Shown here: positions 50,335-62,957 of the stretch, piece after piece
Numbering within the stretch: position 1 is the first letter of the stretch
How the letters are laid out: each line of letters opens with the position of its first letter
Source of the DNA: Batkoa obscura
Taxonomy: Eukaryota
DNA length: 64,000 bases
Assembly: GCA_030770535.1 (NCBI GenBank)
Contig: JASVEC010000011.1
Coordinates: 62,001-126,000, forward strand
Reading direction: 5' to 3'
Position numbers and translations under genes: made by a program
Notes under the pieces: generated by a model
The model's database searches: none
Told to the model about the DNA's origin: nothing
The model's input: the letters and a program-made list of their open reading frames with translations, nothing else

Positions 50335-50356
50335 TTAAATAAGGAGAAAAAGAAAA

Positions 50357-50410
50357 GAAGAAGAGATGAAGAAGAGATGAAGAAGAGACGAAGAAGAGAC
50401 GAAGAAGAGT
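50357..50410. repeat. 11-bp tandem repeat (gaagaagagaY) x5 in the 3' flank of the Bem1-like gene
   Basis: Direct reading. Confidence 0.85.
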
Positions 50411-50714
50411 AATTGACGTAACATTTCAAGTCAATTTATATTTCAATACATAGTTAAATAAAATTTATATAAATTTATACTTATTATTTATTATTAATTT
50501 TTTTATTTAAATTTGTACAAATATTCAGGTAAAAATTTATAAATTGCAATTATTTACTATATAATAAAATTATTAAAGCATATAATACAATTTATTATTT
50601 ATTATCTATATTGTATATCCGATAATTAATAATAAATTTATATATATTATTTATTTTATATTAATAGCTAAATCATTATACTTAAAGGTAAGTGACTCTT
50701 TAATCTTATCATCA

Positions 50715-50830
50715 TAAGGGGATGTATTTTTTTGTTTAACAATTTTACTAACAATTTTTCCACTCAAATAACACTCAAATAACACTCAAAAGATGGAAAA
50801 AGTAATGAAGCCAAAAAAAACACCCCTATA
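50715..50830 (+). mobile_element. ~100-bp dispersed repeat, copy B (with an internal 11-bp duplication)
   Basis: ta-aggggatgtattttttt...ttttactaacaatttttccactcaaataa...gatggaaaaagtaatgaagccaaaaaaaacacccc-tata. Confidence 0.75.
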
Positions 50831-51670
50831 ATATAATTTAAATTGGTTTTCTTCATTTTCCTTTTCATTTAGTGAGTTAATAATATGAAGGAGTATATTA
50901 TAAATCATAATAATAACAATAATTTCATTTGCTTCAAACTTTGGTATTGAAACATTGTGATCATTAATTATCTTTAAAATTTTATATAAACATTACTAAA
51001 AAGTTATTCATATTTATTTTTAAACTTTAATCCATTAATCTTTATAAGATCATTATTTAATTTTATTTGATTCTCAAATAGCTTCTTAATTCTAATTTTC
51101 AACTTAAATTCTACTTTACTTTGATCAAATAAAGTGTATGATTTATTTCCCAGATCAATAGCTTCCTCCAATTTCTTATTTAATTTTACTCTTCCTGATC
51201 TTCTTATCTTCAAATTAACTATTACTATTGAAGATAGTTAACAGAGAAAAGGTGATAGGATACTAAATAGAATGGTGAAAAATATCAAAGAGATCAAATA
51301 TTATTTCTTAAAAAGAAATCAATCCAGAATCTCCCTAATCTATTTATTTAAATACTAAAGTCGAATGCATTTGTTTTACTTATTTATTACTTATTTATTA
51401 CTTATCTTAATAAAACAATTATATATAAATACAAAATAAATGCATTTCTATATAAAATAACTTGAGCCTAATTCTAAAATATTAAATTTTAATTGGACTA
51501 AGTATTCACCAACCAATGAACTGTAACGCATTAGTATTTTGATGACTTAACATAACACTAACATTAATCATAAATTAATTTCAAAAAGACTAAGCCTTAA
51601 AATTAGAAATTAGCTTCATTTAAACTTTAAACTTTAATATTTTTACAAAAAACAACAAAGATAAAGAAAA

Positions 51671-53184
51671 ATGGTAACCTTTAGTCTACTAAATATTAAA
51701 ATATCTTTCATTAACTGTTTTATTACTTTATAGTTTGGAGGTTATAATGATGAAGAAGGAGGTGGTGGGTTTAACGCTTTTGGTTTTAATTTAAATCAAA
51801 TTCAATTTCCATTTGCTCAATATAATACTAATTTTGAAGAAAGTTATCGTGTTTATGCAGTACAAAATTTACCTGGACCATCTAGAACCTCGGTTAATTT
51901 TGGCGGGAAAAGTAAGTTGGATTAAGGTTGTAGTTGTAATATAATATTAATTTATTTATTTTATTAAAAATATAGTTTTTTTACCCCCATCCGCTTTAGT
52001 TAAATTATGTAAGTTTATTAAAATGAAATCGGATTAATGAAATATTATATATTAATATTATTATTTTTACTTTTAATAGCCAATTTAAATATTAGTTACC
52101 CAATGTTATTTGAGTTAAAATTTAATGAAACTTATACCTATGCTGGTGTATTAGAATTTATTGCTGAAGAAGGAAGGGTTTATATACCGCAATGGGTAAT
52201 CTTTATTAAATCTAAAGTTTTTCAATAAGAATTTTAATCAATATAATAATAAATAGATGTTAGAATCCTTACAAGCAACTGAAGGAGATATTATTGATAT
52301 ATGTAGTACTAGTTTACCACTTGGTACTTTTGTTAAAATTCAACCACAATCTCCAGATTTTTTGGATATTACAGATCCTAAAGCAGTGTAAGTTCATTTT
52401 TGTATAACAACAACAAAATAGTATTTTTTAATTAAGAATTATATTAATTTAGGTTAGAAAATGCGTTTAGAAATTTTTCATGTTTAACTAAACAAGAAAT
52501 TATTACAATTAGTTATAATAATAAATTATATGATATTTTAGTGATGGAAATTAAACCAGAAGGCAGAGGGATTTCAATTATTGAAACGGATTTAGAGGTA
52601 AATTCAAGTTTATTATTATTAAAAATAGTAAAGCTTATAATTAATTAATAAATTCTTTAGGTGGATTTTGCAGAACCCCTTGGTTATGTAGAACCTCAAA
52701 GACCTACTTCTTCAATGAGTGTGGTAAGTTTTTGATAATAAGTTATATAAAAGTTGATATTAATTTTAATTTTAATTTTAATTTAGCCAAGTACAACTAA
52801 AATTGAAAATTTAGAAACCGCTGTTGAACAAATAAAATGGTCTGCTTTTTCTGGAACTGGTCAAGCACTTTCTAATCGTAAAAAGAAAAAGTAAGTAATT
52901 GTAATTTGAATATTTTTAATGTATTTAATTCTATTAATAAATTGCTGTTTTTTATTTTAATTTTGATTTATAGCATTAAACAAGAAGAAAGTAAGGAAAT
53001 TAATATCACTTCAAATGAAGATAGTGTAATTCCAATTCCATTAAAATTACCTTCCAATAATTTATTCTTTGGCTATCGTTATATACCTCCTCCTGGGCAA
53101 GAAAGTGATGAAGTAAATAATCAAGAACAAGGAAATAGTGGTGGATTTAAAGGAAATGGTCAAAATTTAAAAAATAAGTCATAA
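51671..53184 (+). CDS. UFD1: Ubiquitin fusion degradation protein 1 (Cdc48 cofactor), multi-exon
   Basis: VNFGGK|[11 protein letters not shown]|...ISYPMLFEL...[19 protein letters not shown]...[37 protein letters not shown]...[22 protein letters not shown]-like boxes FSGTGQAL and FKGNGQNL. Confidence 0.96.
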
Positions 53185-53378
53185 ATTTTTCAACCTTTTT
53201 TTTGTAATAAATAGTATTTTAATTTTAATTTTAATTTTAATAATTATAATAGAATTCTAAATGATAATAATACAATTTATTTTATTCTAAATGTTTTAAT
53301 ATTAATATTTTAATTTGAACCTTTAATTAACTAGAATAAAAATGATTAAATAAATATATAATTTTATAAATAGAAAAA

Positions 53379-56300
53379 TTAACTTACTATTTCATTAATT
53401 TTATCAGATAAAACAATCAATTCTTGTTGATCATAATTTGAAATTGTAGTTGATAATTCATTAAATAAAATATTAACACATTTAATAATATTAGATTGAA
53501 ATTGAGGACCATTACCAAATAAAATTTTAGGTTGTGAAGGTAAATGAATTGTTAAAAATTCTTTCATAAAAGTTAATAACTAAGATTAAATAGAATATTA
53601 ATAAAATTAAAATAAATTAACTTAATAATAATCAAACTTACATTTTCAATATTATTACTCTCTTTTTTATTTAATAAATTAATATCTTCTCTTTTTAAAT
53701 ATTCCATAAACATTGTTCTTAAACTACTTGATACTATTAATTCAATTCCAATATTCCATTTTAATTTAGCAAATTTAGTCTAAAATTAATAAATATAAAA
53801 GTATAAAATTAATATAAATAATAATATCGTTAATAATTTACCATCATCCATAACCCAACAAAATGAAGGCACCAATCTTTTTGTTCAAACATTCTACGAA
53901 TTATACTTTTACTTAACTGTATAAATTTTATCTAATTGATTATTATTAATTGATTATTATTAATTGATAAAATAATTTAAAATAGAATATATAATATTAA
54001 TCTATTGATTACTTACTTTACGTTCCTCATTACTAAATTGAAGATCACATCCTCTTAATATTATTTGAAGTATTAATAAATATTCAATTTCTTCATTAAA
54101 ATTAATTATAAATTTTTTTAATATTGTTAATGTCTAAACAATAATAAATTAATAAATCAATATTAATTAAAATAAAATAAAACTTACTTCAATAATAATT
54201 TGATCTAATATTAATAATGGAATATAAGCAATCATATTTAACCATGAATTAATTAATATTAAATCCGTTGAATTCTTATAAAATGAGCAATAATTATTCA
54301 AACATTTTATAGAATTTGCTAATAATTTTTCAATTAAATTTAAACTTAAGTTTTCTTCTGAAAAACAGTAAAATAATTGACTTAAACTTTTATACATCCA
54401 TTTCTATTAAAATAAAATATTAAAAAAATAAATAATAACAATAACACTATAATTAGCTACCGTTAAATAATTGTTAGAATAAATTAAATGACTATTCTTA
54501 TTAAATGCAGCTAAAATTACTTTTTCCATCTAATAAAATTAATAAATAATAATAATAATAAAACTAATTTTAAATAATTTACTTTAGTATCATAGTTTTG
54601 ATGTAAATAAATTTGATTTAAAGGTAAGCAACTAGTTAATACGAATAATTTTATTGGATCCGTTTCAAAATTTTTAATTATTAATAACATTTCTTTGGCT
54701 ACAAATAACTAATATTTTGAATTATTATTGCTATTATTATTGTTTGATAATTATGAATAAAATTTACTCTCAACTCTCGACTTCCTTGTAATATAAATAA
54801 ATGAACTAAATTACCAATTCTTTCATATACTATTTCATTATCTAAATGTAAACATAACTAAATAAAATAGAAGTTTAAATATATGTAAATATAAAATAAA
54901 ATAAAATAAAATAAATAATATTACCAAATGAGTTAATGCTTTAAAATGATCCAATTGTATCAATTCATTTAATTCTGAATAAACGATATTCCAAACTTTT
55001 ATTATTAGTTGATAAGTAAAATAACTTCCATTTATAATGTAATTTAAAAATATTTGTTCCCATCTTCCTACTTTATATTTTTGATAAAATGATATTAATA
55101 TTAATAAAGTTTGACTTAATTGATGTTGAAATGGTTTTATTTCATTTGATTTTATTTCATTATTAATGTTTAAATAATAAATACTTATTATTTCATCTAC
55201 TAATTTTAACAGATTAGATAAAATACATGCTTGATCTTCATTAGTTAATTGAGAAGATAGATAAAGTGAAATATCCTCTTCGTTTGATAATATAAAATGT
55301 TGAATTATAAATGAAATACAATTTAATTTCCCATAATTTAATACAATTCTATCATTATTATTAAAATTAATACTAGATTTTAATTCAAATATTTGTTCAA
55401 TCATTGTTATATTGGAATTACTTTCAAAATAATTTTCAATAAAAAATTGTTGATTAAAACTAGTTTGTACCGTTCGATATGTTTCTTTAATTGAATCATT
55501 TAGATAGCTACAATTCATTGTATAATGTTGATTATAAGGGAAATATCTAATAAATAATAATTAATAATTAATAATTAATAATAATAATTTACTTACCCAT
55601 TAATATAAACTAAAATCACTCTTATTTGATTAAAAATGTCATGTTTATTTTGTAATATTATACCATTTAAAACACATTTTTTAACTATTAAGAATAATGA
55701 ATAAAGTGTTTGAAAATAATAAACAAAAGAATCTTGTATTTTATCATTTTGATTCAATTGTAATAAATTAATTGCTTCTTTATCTTTTAAGAAAAGATAA
55801 AGTTTTGTAATAATCCCATAAATTAACTCTTTCAACTTGAAATATTATAAGTTGATTGTTTTATATAATAAAAAATCATACTTACTTTTAAATTATTAAT
55901 AAAACTTGATTTTAATGAGTTGATTTTAATTAATTTTAATACTTCTTTATATATTTCTTTTTTATATATTAATTCATTACTTTGAATCTCCATAAGAGTA
56001 AATTGATTACATACTAAAATAAATTCATATTAACTAATTAAATAAAAATCGAATTCACTTACTATTTGCTAATGTATCTCCACTTGCATCTTTAATATTA
56101 TCATCAGAATCTAATATCATATTAATTCCACTTAAAAACATAAAAATCTCATTTTCCCAATTATCAAACTGTTCCTTAGAGTCCGATGGAATCTTATCTT
56201 TATATTCATACTTAAAAATAAGTTAATTAATACAAATAATATTATGAAATCTTACCATAAAGTGCAAATCCCTATTTATCTTTTTTAGAAATGTAACGTA

Positions 56301-56646
56301 AATTCCAGCACTATTTGTATAATCCCCAACAATGGTATCTAACCACATTAATATTTTTCCACTAAGTAAAGATTGAACCTGAATTTTATAATTTTAAATC
56401 CATTCCAATCGATGTTTAATACTAAAACTTACTTCTATAAATTTCTTTACGTTAATTTCTTTAGTTTCCATTTCATTAAAAAAAGCGTCTATAATCAATT
56501 CAAACTAAATCAATCATTAGCATTGAAATCAAAAATCCGATTTCTCTTACTTTCAATTGAACTAATTCCAACTCTTTTTTAGCTTCTATTAATTCATCTA
56601 ATTGTTTGATTTCTACACGATAATATTGAATTTCCATTGCTTCCAT
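53379..56646 (-). CDS. Large alpha-helical multi-exon protein, probable FIRRM/FLIP/C1orf112 (DUF4487) homolog
   Basis: A chain of GT-AG-bounded exons. The segment WEQIFLNYIINGSYFTYQLIIKVWNIVYSELNELIQLDHFKALTHL resembles my recollection of the conserved C1orf112 core (W and H in the same register). The 5' exon phasing is unresolved. Confidence 0.45.
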
Positions 56647-56958
56647 TTTGAATTTGAATTTTGTTAAAAAGACAAGACAAAGCTTAATCTTTTCTATTTA
56701 TTTAGTTCCACAAAGATTTCAATTTGCGCAGTTAATTGATGGAAACACGGCTTGAATTAAAGCGTTAATTGGTGCTCTATTTTCTGCATTTTATTGAATT
56801 AGATTTTTTTAAATAAAAATATTAAAGGAAATATTTTAAAATAATAATAATAGAGCATGTTATAAAATTGACTACTTTATATAATCTATTTTATAAAATC
56901 AATTTCAAAAATTGAAGTTATTGAATAAAAAACACCTAGTCAAATTTATAAATTAGAT

Positions 56959-57061
56959 TATGGGGATGTTTTTTTGTGTTTAAGAATTTTACTAATAATT
57001 TTTCCACTCAAAGAGTACTTAAAAGGTGGAAAAAGTGATGAAGTAAAAAAAAACCCTTATA
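56959..57061 (+). mobile_element. ~100-bp dispersed repeat, copy C
   Basis: ta-tggggatgttttttt...ttttactaataatttttccactc...ggtggaaaaagtgatgaagtaaaaaaaaaccctta-ta. Confidence 0.75.
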
Positions 57062-57407
57062 TGTTGTCTGACTTTTACTGTTTTATTTAAAATACTTATT
57101 AAAGGCATATCAATTTTTTGTTATTTGACATATTTATTAAATATTGGACTTTTAGAAAGTGTTATATCATTTATAAAAATTAGATGTGAAATAGAATCAT
57201 ACATTATTTGATAAATAAATAAATAAATAAATAAAGTGTATATAGCTTCCAATTGAATCGATTTTTATTACATTGTTGAAAATAATAAATTAATAATATG
57301 TCTTTTGTACCACTACATAAATTCGTTAGAACTCGGTTTTAATTGATTTAAAACAGCCTACTTTCACATTGAATATTAGCAAATATGAGTGGAATTTTTT
57401 TAATAAA

Positions 57408-57507
57408 TGGGGATGTCTTTTTTTGTTTAAGAATTTTACTAACAATCTTTCCCCTTAAATAGTGCTTAAAAAATGAAAAAAATAATGAAACCAAAAAAAA
57501 TACTTCA
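57408..57507 (+). mobile_element. ~100-bp dispersed repeat, copy D (decayed right end)
   Basis: tggggatgtcttttttt...ttttactaacaatctttcccctt...aataatgaaaccaaaaaaaatacttca. Confidence 0.7.
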
Positions 57508-58049
57508 AAAAATACTTTCGATCAGCTGACACATCCCTTTTCTCCTTTTCTCCTTTTCTAACTTGTCCTCTACTCTTTATTTTGGTCATTAAGCTTTCAG
57601 CTAGTTAACTTTTTGATATAAATCTTCAATTGATTACACTCAAACTTCTAATGTCACCCCCCTCCTTTACTTTATGCCCAATCAACTTGTAAGGTGGCAA
57701 CTAAATTCACTAAATAGAATTTAATAAGGTCTACTAAATGTACTCTTGAGTTACAATACATGTCTTCAACCAAATGATTTTTCTTCTTAACTAGTTTTAA
57801 CTTCACCTGCATTTTAAGCATCCGATTCTCCCAATCTACTGATCTTTATATTTTACTACTATAATCAAAATACACAAAATTATTACCGTCTCAAGATTTT
57901 AACAAAAATAAAACATTTTAAAAATCTAATCCATTTAAATAAAAATAAGTTTATTATCATTTTTAGAATATTATGATAAAATAGTTTAAAATTGCAAAAT
58001 TGGTCTTTTTAAGATATTACAAAATAAAATCCATTCAATACTTCAAAGC

Positions 58050-60026
58050 TTAAGAATCTAATGCATGGAACTCGGGCTAAACAATAGTTAGTTAAATGAA
58101 GTTCAAAATTAAAATCAATCTTACTTTTGCAGTAATATCAAAACTTTGATAAGCCGCACTTTGTTCTACATTAATATAATCTTTAGTTTTAAGTACTAAA
58201 AGTTCATAAAAGAGATTGACTGCAGTAGAACGTTTAGCTGTTTCATCCTTTAATTTATGTTAATAATAATCTAGAAAATTTCATCAATTATTACCCTATC
58301 AACAATTTCATCAAAAGAAGCCGATCCTTCAAGGTTAGATGTAAATAAATGACTGGATCGTTCTTCAAGATTTTCTTTAATAAGCCTAACTGCAGTTAGT
58401 GTACTTCTTGCAATACTCCCTAATTGTTCATTTCCAATGATATCATCTTCGGCAATATCACTAAGCCCTTCATTATTACGTGCATTATCACCACCTGTAA
58501 ATAACATACTTTGTTCAACTATGGAAAAATATTAATATAAAAAGAGTAAATATAGATAGGACTTACTGTAGTCTTCACGAACAGATCCTTGATCCTAAAA
58601 TCAATTGTTAAGTATAATAAATTATAAGCTTTAAATTGGATTTACATTGAATGGGATAGATGAATAATCCGATCCGTTACTTCCACCAGGTAAGATATCT
58701 CCTCCTTTTAAATTAACTAAATAAACTTATTTTAAATGGTAAATTAAATTACCAGAAAAGGCATTAATTGGGGAATTTAAATCCATAGGTGTTGTTGATT
58801 TAAATGGATCAATAGTAAAACGAGAAAACACTTCTTGAAGTTCTGGAATTAAATTGGATGGTCCTTGAGTATTCATAAAAGCACTTAATTCATTATTTTC
58901 AGTTGACCATGAAGTAAGATGTTTCTTAGATTGATGAAGACTTAAATCTTCAAAACCAGTATCGGTAATAGTAATATCAGTAGTATCATTGATATTATTT
59001 TGAAATTCTTGATTACTATAAGAAGTAACTAAATCAACTAAATTCTTTCTTTTACGTAATAATGAATTTTTCATATTTCTTGAAGAATGAAGTAAGAAAT
59101 CTAAATCTCCAGTGGATGCTGATCTTAGTTGTTCATCTAGCTCTTGATTTGGTGCACCAGAGATATCAGGTATGGAGAAATCATGATTTAAACTACTACC
59201 GAATCCTCCAGGAGTAATATTTAAATCGGTATTGGAATCAAATAATGGTGATTTATTTGATTTGTTGAAGTCACCCTGATTGGTACTAAGTTGAAGTCCT
59301 TGCATTTCACCTGTAAGACGACCTGCTTCATAACTATCAGCTGAATCAGGTACTAATAATCCAAAGTCTAAACCAATAGGAAGATTTGGTTCATCGTCTG
59401 GTAAATCAAACGCTTGATATCCTTCAGAGCCAAATCCTGTATCTTCTCCTCCGAATCCAGATATAGTAATATCTTTGGTCTTTGAAAATGTTGCATGTAA
59501 ACCATGAGATTCCATTTCCCAATGTCTAAATATAAAATTAAAAATTAAAAATTAAATTTATATTTGAGATTACCTTAAATTATAATCAGGATCTGGCATT
59601 ACAATAGAAAATTCAGTAATAGCATCTGGTATAGTGATAGAACTAGGATTAGCAAAATGCTGATCAGCTGGGAGATCAATTGAACCCGGGCGAAAAGATA
59701 ATTTTAATTTCATGTTAGCATCAGTACATTCTTCCAATAAGTACTTAGCTTTTCTAGAATAAATACGAACTACACCCAATAAAAGTTGGCCAGATAATCT
59801 TAAAGCCATTGGGGGGACTTCGCCACTCGTCATTTTACCTACAAAGTTATTATTAGTCAAATCCCTAATCAATTTCTATTATATAATTACTGGTTGACTC
59901 TACAATGTTAATTGAAAGAAGCTGAGATTTAGTAAGCTTCTTTTCCATATGAGAAGCGAGCCATATCTTGGCTAAAGCCCCATCCTTATCATCTCCAGAT
60001 AATAATATTGCTTGCGAAAAAAACAT
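58050..60026 (-). CDS. Cohesin kleisin subunit, Rad21/Rec8 family, multi-exon
   Basis: MFFSQAILL...GALAKIWLASHMEKKLTK; PMALRLSGQLLLGVVRIYSRKAKYLLEEC; C-terminal winged helix RSTAVNLFYELLVLKTKDYINVEQSAAYQSFDI. Confidence 0.93.
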
Positions 60027-60674
60027 TTAAACTTTGGTACAATATGCTAAGAATAACTATTATACAATAATGGTTGTTCTATTTATACTTTTATTTTAAA
60101 ATTGAGTTTATCTTCTTTATAATTGGATAACTGAGAAAATTAGAATGCCCAATCATATTATCTATTCTTAGAGTTGATACTTTTAATTTGGGATCATTTC
60201 TATTACGTCTTTTTATGATTATTGGCTATTTATACAACTCCATTTTTTTTTAAAAATTCGTGTTGATTTTTAGCGAATCATTTTCCTTTATTTTTACAAT
60301 TTTTGAAAATTTGAAAAACCAATCAGATAGTAATTACAATTATTGAAAAAGAAACATGTTAAAAACAGGAGGCAAGATGTTATTTAAAAACCTTTACATT
60401 ACTAATTTTGAAAAGCTACATTTTATTGTTTTCATGTTATTATAGTACTAGTTGTTTTGAAATAATATTTAAAAAGTATATAGTTATTTTTTTAATTTTT
60501 TATCACAAATAAGCTACTTTTCATTTTTTGTCAAAATAAAACTAAAACAGCAAGACTAATTTATCAACTGATTGATTAAATCAACCTGAAAAAATGAAAT
60601 AGCCATAAAGAAAAAATCGATATTTTAAATAATTTCATTTGATATTATATTATAGCTACTGAAAACCAATCTGT

Positions 60675-62634
60675 TTAATTCGATTTCTTAGTATTCTTAA
60701 TAATTAACTCAAACATTTGACTTGACATTAATTGTCCTTCCTTTAATCTCGACTCGAAAAAACTTTGAATATTTAAAAATTTCTTTTTATAAGATTCCAT
60801 AACTCCTAAATTAATCGTTTGTGCCCAAGATTGTGTAGCTGAAAAGAACTAGATAAGGATGTTATATTATTAAATTATCATTAAATTATTTATGTTTAAT
60901 TTACGCTCAAATCATCTAATCTTATTTCTTTATCATGTAAAGCACAGTTCATTGTTTCATTTAATAACTCATAGTTGGTAAATAAATATTCAACAATGCC
61001 TAACCACACTCTGAATGGGGGTGTTTGACATACAATATGATTATAAGGATCGATTTTCATTTGATACCACGAATCTACCTATTAATTATTAAATATCATT
61101 AGCTGTTGCATTAGTTATCATAATTACTATTGCTAATAAAGATAAATGGGAATTTGGTTTCTTTTCTTGAAGTGGTACTTTGGCCATTGAAAATTGATCC
61201 AAGATATCATTTGATAACAATAGATCTTTTAAAGCTTCTTTAGACATAAATTTTTCTTTAAAGATATATTTTCCTGCCTAAAAATTAGTTATGTAAAGAA
61301 CAATGTATATAAAAGATGTTGTATAGGCTAAATGTAATGATTAATTAACAAATACTTACTTCTAATATCCTGTCCTTAAATTCTTCTTCTTTTTCTTGAA
61401 TCATAAGCTCAAACAATGATTTAACTGACTCTGCATATTGTAACACTTGCTTTTTAGCACTTGGATTCAAAAGAGCTAAACCTAACAAAAACTTAAAAAC
61501 TTATAAAGGTCAATAAAACAGCTCAATTACCTGCATAAACGTGCCATTTGTTACTAAAGATTCGAAGCATAACATTCACTTTGGCATTTTCTATCCCACC
61601 GACATAAGATTTAGTTTCCCACTTTAATATATATTATGGTTAAATTTTAGTATTAATTTAAAACCTTGACTTACAGGAAACATTTTTCGTGACATCCAAG
61701 CGGCGCCCATACTATTCAGCGTTAACTTAAATAAAAAAATACAATATGTGTCACCTTATAAAAGCTAAATGAGTTACAGCTTGTGTGTTAGCGGTGATGC
61801 TGTAATGGATTAAATGAAATTAAAATTGAAATAAAATAAAGGTTACTCATCATGTTCTTTGTAGTTTAACTCAATCAAATTGGATTTAAGACTCTTCAAC
61901 ACTTCTAAGATTATCTTTTTACTCTTTTCACTGTTTCGATATTCAATGAATGCCTTTTGTTTAAGTTTAAATCTATATTCAAGCTATTACTTAATTGTCT
62001 TACCAATGGTTGCTCTACAGGATTGATCTTAGGTCCATGCATAGAGTGACAAGTAATTATTTCTACATCCTTTGGTAAATATTTTTCAAAAGCCCCAATC
62101 TCAGGTGCCTTTACTGAAGTCTAGATATTTATGAAATTATAACCAGTCATATATTTTTTACATTTCTCTTACCTGTCCTGCTACTATGGCTCCTACTTTA
62201 GTGGCTATTTATTTGCTTAATCAATTTTTTATTAATATAGAATAATAATCACCTGGTCCATATAATCCTACCACTTTGTCCAGGTTCTCTGCTTCTACAG
62301 AATAGATGATAAAATCACTTTGTCGTGATACTAAATACCCATCTTTTAATACTTTGATACCGCTATTGGCTATATTTTTGTTAAGTTATATAGATATATT
62401 TTTAGTTATGGTTCTTTTACCAGGATATTTTGACAGTAACTCATCATATTTGGAAGGCAAATCACATATATTTACACTAAAGATGTATAAAATTAAAAGA
62501 ATTAAAATTTTAAAAACTTACTTTTTCCAGCCGTTTGATTGAAACTGAGTTGCGTAAAGTTGTCCCATATCTCCTGCTCCTATTATTCCTATTTCAAAGT
62601 TTTGTTTTAATTGCTCTATCTCCTGCCCATTCAT
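60675..62634 (-). CDS. TYR1: Prephenate dehydrogenase (NADP+), fungal type, many exons
   Basis: IGIIGAGDMGQLYA, SDFIIYSVEAE, VAGQ|TSVKAPEI, TCHSMHGP, TANTQAVTHLAF, YVGGIENAKVN, NKWHVYAGLA, PNSHLSLLAI|VDSW, CQTPPFRVWLGIVEYLF. Confidence 0.95.
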
Positions 62635-62957
62635 TTTAGTTCTTGTTTAATATACTGGTTGTGTAGTTTTTTGATAGTTTAGTATTAAAAAAAAATTAAA
62701 TTGTATTTAAGCTCAATTACATCACCCCTTTTTCTTCTTCCAAACAACTTTATTCCTAAATTTAAATTACCGATTAAGCAGTTTAAAAAATAACATAATT
62801 AAATTAAGTCAAGTCCAAATAAATTTATTAAACAGTGATTTTTATTATTAAAAAATATGCTTTTTAAACAAAACTAATTCAATACTCTTATAAATTTAAT
62901 ACAAATAATTAAAATTAAGCATAGCTTATTAATATTACATAATAACTAAGGCTTATA

